This document shows positions 9,651 to 17,670 of a stretch of 64,000 bases of DNA, one piece after another. Source of the stretch: a virus. Lineage: Duplodnaviria > Caudoviricetes. The DNA lies in the IMG/VR virus record IMGVR_UViG_3300042881_002516, positions 1,293 through 65,292 of that record; one strand, written 5' to 3'. Both the position numbers and the translations under genes were made by a program. The notes below the pieces were generated by a model that saw only the letters and a list, made by a program, of their open reading frames with translations, ran no database searches and was not told the origin of the DNA. The first letter of the stretch is position 1. Each line of letters begins with the position of its first letter.

Positions 9651-9659
9651 CTTCCGTTT

Positions 9660-10373
9660 TTAGCGCGTCGCCGAGGCGAAGATGTAGTCGATCTTCGTCG
9701 AACGCGTGCCCGTGGCACTGCCCGACAAAGACATCGCCGCTAGCGCCAACTCCGTAGTCGGAATGTTGGTCGTGTGCGTCGCAACGAGCTTGCGGTTTAC
9801 GAAAAACTCCACAACGCCAGTACCGCTCACGCGGAAACCAAGGGTGACGTCGGTGTCGTCGACAAGATCAACGCCCGAGTCCGTCGAGGTCTCGGTGCCG
9901 CCCGATTCCGTCTTGCAGAGGATCGAGGCATTGCCGTCGTCCACCTGGAACACGATGCGATCGGCAGCCGTCAACATGGCTTCCGGGTTGGTCGCAAAGT
10001 TAACAGTGAGCCCAGCGCAAATGTCGGTCTGATCGGCGTCGTTGCACTGGAGGCGGGTCTCAAACCACACCACCTTATCGGCAGCGGCCTTGTAGACCTC
10101 ATTGCCTTGAATTGACGCGCCGTCGTCGTCCGTCGTAGCAGCCGAGGTCAGCGCAAGGAGCCCATTGACCGTGTCGGCAACAATGCCGGCAGAGGCTCCC
10201 GAATCCTTAACTACGGTCCAATCGTTGGTGCTATCGAGCGCAACGCCGAGAAAGTCGTCCATGTACGAGACGACCGCTGGGTTTGCGGAAATGGTGAGAT
10301 CAGTGCCCCAGGCGCCCGTGACGGTGCCTTTGCCCGAATACTGGAGCGGGCCAGAAAAATGCGTAACAGCCAT
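9660..10373 (-). CDS. capsid decoration / minor capsid protein (lectin-like fold)
   Basis: MAVTHFSGP N-terminus; directly downstream of the major capsid gene. Confidence 0.6.
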   Translation of the reverse strand: MAVTHFSGPLQYSGKGTVTGAWGTDLTISANPAVVSYMDDFLGVALDSTNDWTVVKDSGASAGIVADTVNGLLALTSAATTDDDGASIQGNEVYKAAADKVVWFETRLQCNDADQTDICAGLTVNFATNPEAMLTAADRIVFQVDDGNASILCKTESGGTETSTDSGVDLVDDTDVTLGFRVSGTGVVEFFVNRKLVATHTTNIPTTELALAAMSLSGSATGTRSTKIDYIFASATR

Positions 10374-10377
10374 GTTG

Positions 10378-10455
10378 TCCTCACATGCGAGTTAGGTACG
10401 GCTGTCTGCATGTCGTCAGCCGGGTCTGTCAGACGTACCTGGATTACCCCGGAAC
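10378..10455 (-). ncRNA. putative structured cis-regulatory 5' leader (double pseudoknot)
   Basis: AGGTACG/CGTACCT stem whose loop can pair both upstream (CCGGG/CCCGG) and downstream (ACATGC/GCATGT, next to the SD). Confidence 0.5.
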
Positions 10456-10481
10456 AATTCAACTATACGTCAGCAAATTCA

Positions 10482-10512
10482 ATAAAAGAAGGGGGTCTTT
10501 CGACCCCCTTCT
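10482..10512 (-). terminator. rho-independent terminator after the major capsid gene
   Basis: AGAAGGGGGTC-GAAA-GACCCCCTTCT followed by TTTATT. Confidence 0.85.
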
Positions 10513-10523
10513 GTTTGCCGCTA

Positions 10524-11432
10524 TTAAGCAGCGCCGGGCGATCCGAAGATGCCACGCGGGTCGCTGAAGCCGAAGCTGTAGCGCTCGCGAGCCTTGTACC
10601 GCACGTTGCCGGTATCGAAGTCGCCCTCGAAACCAGTCTTGATGGCAACACGCTGGAACATCTTCATGCCGTTCGGAGCGTCGGTCTTGATGAACCAAGC
10701 GTCCGGGTCGGTCAAGAAGTGGTTCACGGTGTAGCCCTGCGGCACCATGCCCATGTTCTTCACGGCGTTGATGTCGTTATCCGCAGTGCCAACGCGCAGC
10801 GTCGACTTGAGGATACGGTCAGCCGTAAACATGAGTTCCTTCGGGATGATGAGCTTCAAGCCCTGAACAGCGATCTTCAGGCCGCGCTCGTCGATGAACG
10901 CAGCAATGTCGATCAAAGCCTGCTCAAGCGAGGTCTCGCTCAGGTCAGCAGCCGTGGTGAGCTCGTTCTTCAGATCCGGACCCGAGAGGGTCGGGTGATC
11001 GAGCGCACACAGCGGCTTTCCGTCGCCGCCGATCGAGGTGTCGAACGCGCCGTTGAGCACGCTGGCAGCCTTGATCTGCTTCGTCTGAGCCATCGAACGA
11101 GCCAGCGCCTTGGTGTAACGCGCCGAGAGCTTGTCGTAGAGGTTGTCCTCAACGGCTTCCTCGGTGAGCGAAAACGCCAGAGCGACGGTCTCGTGGGTGT
11201 AGCGCGAGGTGTAGACTTCCTGCGCCTGGTCGTATGCAACGCCAGCGCCTTCCGTCTTCACCGGAGCTTCACCGAAGCCCGACTCCATGACCTCTTCTTC
11301 GAACGCACGATCCGAGGTCTCCACCGAGTAGATCTCGGCGTGCTCGTTCTCGTAGTTCTTGTACTCAAGGCCGAACAGGGCATTCAAGCCCGGCTCGAGT
11401 TCCTTGACTAATTGTGCACGTGAAATAGCCAT
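10524..11432 (-). CDS. major capsid protein
   Basis: MAISRAQLVKELEPGLNALFGLEY...GDFDTGNVRYKARERYSFG; strong codon bias; followed by terminator. Confidence 0.9.
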   Translation of the reverse strand: MAISRAQLVKELEPGLNALFGLEYKNYENEHAEIYSVETSDRAFEEEVMESGFGEAPVKTEGAGVAYDQAQEVYTSRYTHETVALAFSLTEEAVEDNLYDKLSARYTKALARSMAQTKQIKAASVLNGAFDTSIGGDGKPLCALDHPTLSGPDLKNELTTAADLSETSLEQALIDIAAFIDERGLKIAVQGLKLIIPKELMFTADRILKSTLRVGTADNDINAVKNMGMVPQGYTVNHFLTDPDAWFIKTDAPNGMKMFQRVAIKTGFEGDFDTGNVRYKARERYSFGFSDPRGIFGSPGAA

Positions 11433-11450
11433 TTTTTATGCCCCTATAAA

Positions 11451-12029
11451 TCAGGTTACGGCCTTGACGCCGGTGCTGCCGTACAGGTGCTCGTTGATTT
11501 TCACAACGACCACGGCAAAGTTCCCCAGCTCGTTGCCCGGAACATTCCAGAGACCAACGATCTTGAGGTTGAGTGCCGCCGTGTCAGCGATGGTGGACGA
11601 ATCCAATTCCATCGTCGACAGGCCCGTGGTGGCGCTACCGCCAGTTCCAACGACGTCAGCGTTCTTGCCGATGTCGGCTTGCTCGATGTCCTCGTCCGCC
11701 TGGATCAGGAACAACTGGCTCGGATCGTCAAGCACGTCGGCAATGATCTTGCCGGAGGTGATGTTGACGCTGCCCGGATAGTAGTTCTTCCAAGTCGGCT
11801 TGCCCGTGGTCGGGTCGACATAGAAGCAGCCGTTGAAGACGCCCAGCGCCGCAGCGTGCGTAGCCGGAACGAACTTAACGACATAACCGTTCACGATCGT
11901 CACCAGGTCGCCCTGATAGATCGCACCTGATTGGTTGTCCGCAATCTCGTAACCGTACTGCTTCTGGGACCCAGTTGCAGACAGATTGCCGAGAGGACGG
12001 AGACCAAAGGCTTTATCTACGTTTGCCAT
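11451..12029 (-). CDS. capsid-associated (cement-like) protein
   Basis: MANVDKAFGLRP family immediately upstream of the major capsid gene. Confidence 0.65.
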   Translation of the reverse strand: MANVDKAFGLRPLGNLSATGSQKQYGYEIADNQSGAIYQGDLVTIVNGYVVKFVPATHAAALGVFNGCFYVDPTTGKPTWKNYYPGSVNITSGKIIADVLDDPSQLFLIQADEDIEQADIGKNADVVGTGGSATTGLSTMELDSSTIADTAALNLKIVGLWNVPGNELGNFAVVVVKINEHLYGSTGVKAVT

Positions 12030-12050
12030 TTGATTAATCCTCTGAAAAAG

Positions 12051-12530
12051 TTATTCACTGGTTCCTTTGGAACCGCCGAATGAAACACGGGATCTGCGAT
12101 TCGGTCGCTCAATGACCATGCTCGAATGAGCATTGCTTTTCATGAGCTCGTTATCAGCAGCCTGCATTTGGTCGCTCGCCTTGCCTCGGTAATGCGTATT
12201 GCGCTCTTCGACCGTTTCCTCGGGAATACGAGCAAGAAGAAGGCCTCCCACGCTGATCACGCCAGCATGTCGACCATCGTCCGACGTTGGAACCGGGAAG
12301 TCAGGGTACTCGTCCGCACGAACCAGCTCGTACCCCTCACGGAGACGACCTGCGATGTTCGTACGATCTTCCACCCCACCTGCCGAAGCTCGGATCCAGC
12401 GGTGCTTGTAACCTACAGGGGCCGGAGGCGCATCCAAGCGAGAAGGCGGAGCCCATGGCTTACGTCGCGCAGACTTTCCACGAGCATCAGCTTCTCGGGA
12501 AGTGCGATTAAGGGTTTTAACGTCGCTCAT
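12051..12530 (-). CDS. conserved head-module protein
   Basis: W.PPS.LDAP..P.GYKHRWIR...REGYELVR...GGLLLARIP. Confidence 0.65.
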   Translation of the reverse strand: MSDVKTLNRTSREADARGKSARRKPWAPPSRLDAPPAPVGYKHRWIRASAGGVEDRTNIAGRLREGYELVRADEYPDFPVPTSDDGRHAGVISVGGLLLARIPEETVEERNTHYRGKASDQMQAADNELMKSNAHSSMVIERPNRRSRVSFGGSKGTSE

Positions 12531-12536
12531 AGTTCC

Positions 12537-13442
12537 TTACTCCTTCACGTACTTGGCGTATTCCTCAAGGGGAACGCCCAGCTTTTTAGCAATTGCCACT
12601 TGACTAGGGGTCAACTTGACAGTGCGGCGTGCAGCATTGTTTACCCCGGTTGAACGGGAGGCGGGTGCTACGGTCTGCACGGATCTCGTAGCCCTCTGCG
12701 TACCAGCATTGTTTTCCGCAAACTTATGCGGAAACGACTCTCTGATACGTTTGTCAAGTTCATCATAGTACTCGTCCGAGCTCGGGTCAAATCCCTCAAC
12801 TTGGATCAACTGACGATGAATTCCCCAAGCGGCGTGGGTCATGACGTTATCTCGCCCGTACCACTTGTTTCTCTCAGCCCATTCCTCGACGCGAGGATCG
12901 ACCTGACGCGGCTGTTGCTGGACAGGCTGTTGAGCCGGCTGCTGGGCCGCCGCCTGTTGCTGCGCGGCCCACGCTGCTCGCTGCTGGTTGGCCTGATCGA
13001 TCTGGTTCTGCTCGTACGTCAGAGACGCCAGGCGCTGCTGGGCCTCAGTCTCCGTATCCACGTCGCCCTCTTCACGAGCCTTGCGGATAATCTGCTTGAG
13101 CGCCACGACCTGCGTCTCAACGCGGCCCTTGGCCTCCGTCAAACGCTCTTCGTCACTCCTGAGATACTGCTGCTCAAGCTGCTGCGCACGAGATTGCACC
13201 TGCTTGGCATATTCCAAGGCCGCCTGCTCACGGCGCTGCGTCTCGCGCAGGCGCGCGGTCAGCTTGTCGATACGCTTCTTGACGTTATCGCTGTACTGGT
13301 CAAGCTCTTTCTCAGGGGCGGCAGACTCGGCTTTGGTCGGCTCAGACGTTTCTGGAACGACCTTCGCCTCGCCTGTCTCAGCCACCTCCACGGTGGCAGG
13401 AACTTCGTCCTCGCCAACGTTAAATTCTAGCTGTTCATTCAT
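12537..13442 (-). CDS. capsid scaffolding protein
   Basis: Acidic coiled coil; C-terminal VKLTPSQVAIAKKLGVPLEEYAK; upstream of the capsid gene. Confidence 0.75.
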   Translation of the reverse strand: MNEQLEFNVGEDEVPATVEVAETGEAKVVPETSEPTKAESAAPEKELDQYSDNVKKRIDKLTARLRETQRREQAALEYAKQVQSRAQQLEQQYLRSDEERLTEAKGRVETQVVALKQIIRKAREEGDVDTETEAQQRLASLTYEQNQIDQANQQRAAWAAQQQAAAQQPAQQPVQQQPRQVDPRVEEWAERNKWYGRDNVMTHAAWGIHRQLIQVEGFDPSSDEYYDELDKRIRESFPHKFAENNAGTQRATRSVQTVAPASRSTGVNNAARRTVKLTPSQVAIAKKLGVPLEEYAKYVKE

Positions 13443-13454
13443 ACGATCTCTCCG

Positions 13455-13922
13455 TTACCACATGTGAAGGACGTCTTCGGGATCGGCAACCTTGCCGAGC
13501 ACCTCGTCGTCGTTGATCAGGCGAATCTCGCCACCGTCGATAGGAATACGCGCGCCGGCGTAACGGCCAAAGATGATCCAATCACCGACCGCGCACCACG
13601 GGCCGGTTGGGAACTTTGACTCGTCGTTGTAAGCAAGCGGACCTACCTTCAGGACGTAGCCGCACACCGTGCTGACCTGCTGCTTGCGCTGAGTCTCCTC
13701 GGCAAGCGCGATACCGCCCTTCGTCTTCTCCGCACCACGGTACGGAAGAATGGCGATACGCCAACCGGTTGGCGTTGGAATGCGGTCCAACACGGACTCG
13801 TCCAACTTCTCCGGCTTCAGGCCTTCGCTGGTATACGCATCTTCCAGAGTCGGAACTCTGGCGGCTTCCTCTTCCTGCCACTTCTTTTCCAAAGCGGTCA
13901 GCTCTTTGACTTTCGTGCTCAT
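13455..13922 (-). CDS. groES: co-chaperonin GroES-like protein
   Basis: PTGWRI...KTKGGIAL...VLKVGP...GDWIIFGRYAG...LINDDEVLG. Confidence 0.9.
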   Translation of the reverse strand: MSTKVKELTALEKKWQEEEAARVPTLEDAYTSEGLKPEKLDESVLDRIPTPTGWRIAILPYRGAEKTKGGIALAEETQRKQQVSTVCGYVLKVGPLAYNDESKFPTGPWCAVGDWIIFGRYAGARIPIDGGEIRLINDDEVLGKVADPEDVLHMW

Positions 13923-13937
13923 AAGTCTCCTGTCAGG

Positions 13938-14129
13938 TTAAAACCGGTCATCTGAGTGCTTCTTCAGCAAATCCCGCACGGAATCCTCGACCAGCTTTAA
14001 CCCTTCGAGACGACCCATCATGAAGCGATAACGCTCCATGTCGGCAATGCTGCCGTTAAGGACGATGCTCTCAGAGCTCTCACGGAGCTTTCTGATTTCT
14101 TTCAGTACTGCTTCTGCAAATTCAAGCAT
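13938..14129 (-). CDS. small conserved phage protein
   Basis: MLEFAEAVLKEI...YRFMMGRLEGL; start reassigned to 14129. Confidence 0.6.
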   Translation of the reverse strand: MLEFAEAVLKEIRKLRESSESIVLNGSIADMERYRFMMGRLEGLKLVEDSVRDLLKKHSDDRF

Positions 14130-14144
14130 GGTGGGGTTCCATGA

Positions 14145-14172
14145 AAAGCAAGGGGTTTTGCGCACCCCCTGA
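14145..14172 (-). terminator. possible terminator
   Basis: AGGGGGT-GCGCAA-AACCCCT followed by TGCTTTT. Confidence 0.45.
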
Positions 14173-14183
14173 AGCGCTTCAAC

Positions 14184-14432
14184 TTAATAAATCTTGACGG
14201 GCCGATTGCCGTCCTTCTTCTTCACGACCTTGGCAGGGCCCATCACGCCGCCCTTGCTCATGTTGCGCGACTTGCCGGCCTTCGAATACGCAATGGCTGC
14301 CGCCTGCTTGGTGGCCTGCTTCACGCTGCTAGGCTTGCTGGTGCCGATCTTGCCCTTCTTTTTGAAGGAGCTAACCATCTCACCGATGTTTGAGCTAATC
14401 GTCTTTTGGCTTGAGCCACGTTTGAGCGGCAT
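14184..14432 (-). CDS. small basic protein
   Basis: MPLKRGSSQKTISSNI...KQAAAIAYSKAGK..MSKGG; GGAGG SD; start reassigned. Confidence 0.7.
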   Translation of the reverse strand: MPLKRGSSQKTISSNIGEMVSSFKKKGKIGTSKPSSVKQATKQAAAIAYSKAGKSRNMSKGGVMGPAKVVKKKDGNRPVKIY

Positions 14433-14433
14433 A

Positions 14434-16752
14434 TCAACCTCCTTGCCGTGCTGCCTGCAATTGCAGGCGTTCTCGATCGATCTGCGTTGACTGTTGCAGC
14501 TTCTGCTGCTCGAGTTGCAACTTCTGTTCGTTGAGTCGGATCTTCGCCTGATCGGCAGCAGCGCGCTGCTCGATCTCCTTCTCTTTGAGCGCGACCAACG
14601 GGTCTTCGCCACCGCCTGCGGTGCCAGCAATCTGGTCCTGCATCGTGCGAACTTCTTGCATGTACTGCGCAACCTTGATCGCGATCATGCCTTCCTTCTG
14701 GATGGCCGACACCATGCGATCCGGATCTGTTCCGTACATCTTGAATAGATCGGCCTCAACGTCTTCTTCGGCCTTCAAGCGTACGTGCTCAAGAATATGC
14801 TGCTGAAGCACCATCGCGGCCATCGGATTGCTTTGAAGGATCGGCGAGAGGCCCATCATCAAGTGCGTGGCGATGTGCGCATCGTGCTGCTGGCCGGCAA
14901 AGGCCTTGAGCTGCATGCCGTTCAACACCGAAGCGTTCTCGGTCGCAGGATCACGCGGCATCTGCGTGTGCTGCGGCAACAAGATGCCGTCAATGTCACG
15001 TACGTTGAGCGCCGCGTACACGCGGTAGTACGCCTCGTACATGTTGTGCATCTGCGGCGCGCCTTGGGCAAGCTGCAACTGCATCTGTGCGAGCTGAATA
15101 CGCTGCGCGGTGCTGAAGATGTTGGGATCGGCAACCGGAAGCACCGACACCATCTTGTTGAAGTCAGCGCGCTTGATCTTACGGCTCGCCCCCGGCACTT
15201 CGTACGGGTACTCATCCGGCAGATACTCGCCAAAGCCCTCAAACAGCAGTCGGAACTCCATCGACTGCGCGTAGTGCAGTCGCTTGTGGATCGCCGACAT
15301 GACCATCGAGCCACGCTCAAGCAATGCGAGCGTCGTTCCGACCTGCGCGTACTGGTTTCCGTCACCAACCTGCATGTCCGCAGTGCTGGAGAGGCGCTTA
15401 CCGGCGTCTACCAAGAACCCAAGCAGCGCGAACAGCACTTGACTCGGCTCTTTGTACGGCAGCGGCAAGAGTGACGACGAAAGTTCCGCGCCACCGGCGT
15501 CAATGTCACGCCATTCGCCCGGCTGGATGGGGTCAGAATCGTCCGCGATTCGCGCGCCACGGGCTTTGAAGCCAGCAGGCAGGTTTGCGAGCGTGCCAGC
15601 GTCAATTAATTGACGAAGTGCGGTCGTTGCACCCTTGGAAAGGCCGCCGACCAAGTGCACAAAGCCCAAACCGTACGCGCCGGGACCTTCCACGAGCACG
15701 TAGTGCACGTAATAGTTGCGACGACGCTTGAGCGGATCGTCTTCCTTCCAGTTTCGGCGCACACCAACAACACGAAGCGTGTCATCGGCCAGCGTAACGA
15801 CGTACGGGAGCTTAATTTTGGTCGGATTGCCACTCTCGTCCAGGTCTTCAAAGCCCGGAATGTCCAAATCGACCAACATTTCCAGCAAAAACACTTCGCC
15901 AGCGCTATCTGTCGGCTGAACACCGACCACTTTGTCGATCGCAGCCTGAATTTGGCTCGGATCAACAGGCGTCGGCTCCAAATCCACCGGCACATCAAGG
16001 TATTCGCCAGCCAAAACACGCTTGCGGAACTCGTTGGAGTCCATCGCAATGCGATGAGTAAGGCGCGGACACTGCGAAATGACACTCGACCCGTTGTACG
16101 GGATGTAAATGTCGTCGGCCAAGCACAGTTTGGACACCATTCGGCCCAACTGAGCGTCGTAATAGACCTTCTTGAACGTCGAACCACCGTATCCGGTGTA
16201 GTACAGGAGTTGATCGAACTCCGGTGTGTACTCTTCCATCACCGTGGTGATCTGGTAATTCATGAAATCCTGCACGCGCGAGGCCTGCTGGAACTTGTCC
16301 ACGGTCTCTTTGCCCAGGATTTGCGTGCGGACAGGACCGCCAGCCGGCATCAGCTCACGGAAAGCCTGTGCCTGGAACTGAATGATCGCCTCTTGCAGCA
16401 TCGGATGCGTCGCACCCGAGGCACCACGGAAGGGTTTCGTGCGCTCTTCCATGCGCAAGCCCAGCAGATCCAGCCCCTTGGCGTACATCTGCTCCCAATC
16501 CGAGCGCGATCCCTTGTCGGCCTCGAACATCGAGGCCACGTCGATCGAAATACGGGCCAAGGCTTCCGGCTCAAGGACCTCGGCCAGGTTCGCATAGAAG
16601 TCCACTTCCTGCGCTTCGGCCTCGCCAATCTCCACTACCGCGCTGCCATCGTCCTCAAGAACGATCTCAATGTCCGGGGCAGCCGCTTCCTCGTCCGCTA
16701 CCACGATGATGTCGGTGGCAGGGGCTTGGTTAATAGCTTTATCAATTGGCAT
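14434..16752 (-). CDS. portal protein
   Basis: 772 aa, P22-like portal (LRQLIDAGTLANLPAGFKARG, ETTLALLE-like helix, C-terminal coiled coil); lies between terL and scaffold. Confidence 0.85.
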   Translation of the reverse strand: MPIDKAINQAPATDIIVVADEEAAAPDIEIVLEDDGSAVVEIGEAEAQEVDFYANLAEVLEPEALARISIDVASMFEADKGSRSDWEQMYAKGLDLLGLRMEERTKPFRGASGATHPMLQEAIIQFQAQAFRELMPAGGPVRTQILGKETVDKFQQASRVQDFMNYQITTVMEEYTPEFDQLLYYTGYGGSTFKKVYYDAQLGRMVSKLCLADDIYIPYNGSSVISQCPRLTHRIAMDSNEFRKRVLAGEYLDVPVDLEPTPVDPSQIQAAIDKVVGVQPTDSAGEVFLLEMLVDLDIPGFEDLDESGNPTKIKLPYVVTLADDTLRVVGVRRNWKEDDPLKRRRNYYVHYVLVEGPGAYGLGFVHLVGGLSKGATTALRQLIDAGTLANLPAGFKARGARIADDSDPIQPGEWRDIDAGGAELSSSLLPLPYKEPSQVLFALLGFLVDAGKRLSSTADMQVGDGNQYAQVGTTLALLERGSMVMSAIHKRLHYAQSMEFRLLFEGFGEYLPDEYPYEVPGASRKIKRADFNKMVSVLPVADPNIFSTAQRIQLAQMQLQLAQGAPQMHNMYEAYYRVYAALNVRDIDGILLPQHTQMPRDPATENASVLNGMQLKAFAGQQHDAHIATHLMMGLSPILQSNPMAAMVLQQHILEHVRLKAEEDVEADLFKMYGTDPDRMVSAIQKEGMIAIKVAQYMQEVRTMQDQIAGTAGGGEDPLVALKEKEIEQRAAADQAKIRLNEQKLQLEQQKLQQSTQIDRERLQLQAARQGG

Positions 16753-16791
16753 GTTGATATCCTAACTTGTTGTCGACGGAGGCGCTACTGC

Positions 16792-17670
16792 CTACTTGCG
16801 CTTCTTGCCTAGCTTCTTCGAGATGAATTCGCCGTGGTCCTTGCTCATGCTGCCGCCCTTGGCCTTCTTCACGGGCTCATCCAACTTGCCAACAAAGTTC
16901 AGGAATGGCAGACGGGAGCGGAGTTGGATCATCTCATAGGGCAGATCTTCCGTACGACGGATCGTACGATTCGCCTCCCTGTTACGAGCCAAGAATCCCT
17001 TACCGTCAAACATCAACTTGATGTCCGACAGCAACGCTGCCGAAAGGGGTAGGTCTTCTTTGCGCGCTACTCTCGCAGCAAAGTCATTCTTCTCGAGCTT
17101 ATCGATAATGTACGACTCCATGTCCTTCGGAGACACGCCGTACGCCATTGCCATTTGCTCTTCGTAGGGGAGCTTCTTGAAATCATCGCTATCATCCAAC
17201 AGCGCTTCATACAAACCTTTAACGTTGGTTTGATACGCCGGCAGCGACGTCGATCCGTAGATTAGATCGTAGTAGCGATTTGGTATCTCGTCGTTAACCC
17301 GCTCGTGACGGAACTCATGCGACCACACCTTCGGGTTAGCACGAGTGCCTAATGCAAAGATACGCTTCTCGTCCGGCAGCGACTCGATCTGCTGGTTCAA
17401 GCCCCTACCCGCAACGCGGTTCATAAGGCTTTCTCGGACCTTCTCCGGAGCTGTCCCCTCGAAGTAGTTCATGCCGCCATAAGGAGAATACAGGTTTTGA
17501 TCCGGCGCACCGATCAACGCAGACTTCGCAACCGTCTCCGGCGACACCAGATCCTTGAACTGATTACCAATCTTTGATCGGATCAAAGCCTCAAACTCCG
17601 GGGATCCCGGAGCACGGCCCTTGAGCTGTTCGTCGAGTTCCTCAAAGTAACGGCGGGTATTCTTTGGCAT
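16792..17670 (-). CDS. hypothetical protein with HExxH (HEFRH) motif
   Basis: WSHEFRHE; basic C-terminus with KAKGG. Confidence 0.6.
   Translation of the reverse strand: MPKNTRRYFEELDEQLKGRAPGSPEFEALIRSKIGNQFKDLVSPETVAKSALIGAPDQNLYSPYGGMNYFEGTAPEKVRESLMNRVAGRGLNQQIESLPDEKRIFALGTRANPKVWSHEFRHERVNDEIPNRYYDLIYGSTSLPAYQTNVKGLYEALLDDSDDFKKLPYEEQMAMAYGVSPKDMESYIIDKLEKNDFAARVARKEDLPLSAALLSDIKLMFDGKGFLARNREANRTIRRTEDLPYEMIQLRSRLPFLNFVGKLDEPVKKAKGGSMSKDHGEFISKKLGKKRK

Noticed and set aside
10378-10455. HDV-like (theta) ribozyme
   Set aside because: Helix order is superficially similar, but the 7-bp P1, P1.1 and C-x-A-A J4/2 consensus are not satisfied; kept as an unassigned structured RNA
14434-14445. 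Portal C-terminal GG as a ubiquitin-like conjugation tail
   Set aside because: No E1, E2 or JAB-like genes recognised; likely a by-product of the overlapping GGAGG SD of the next gene
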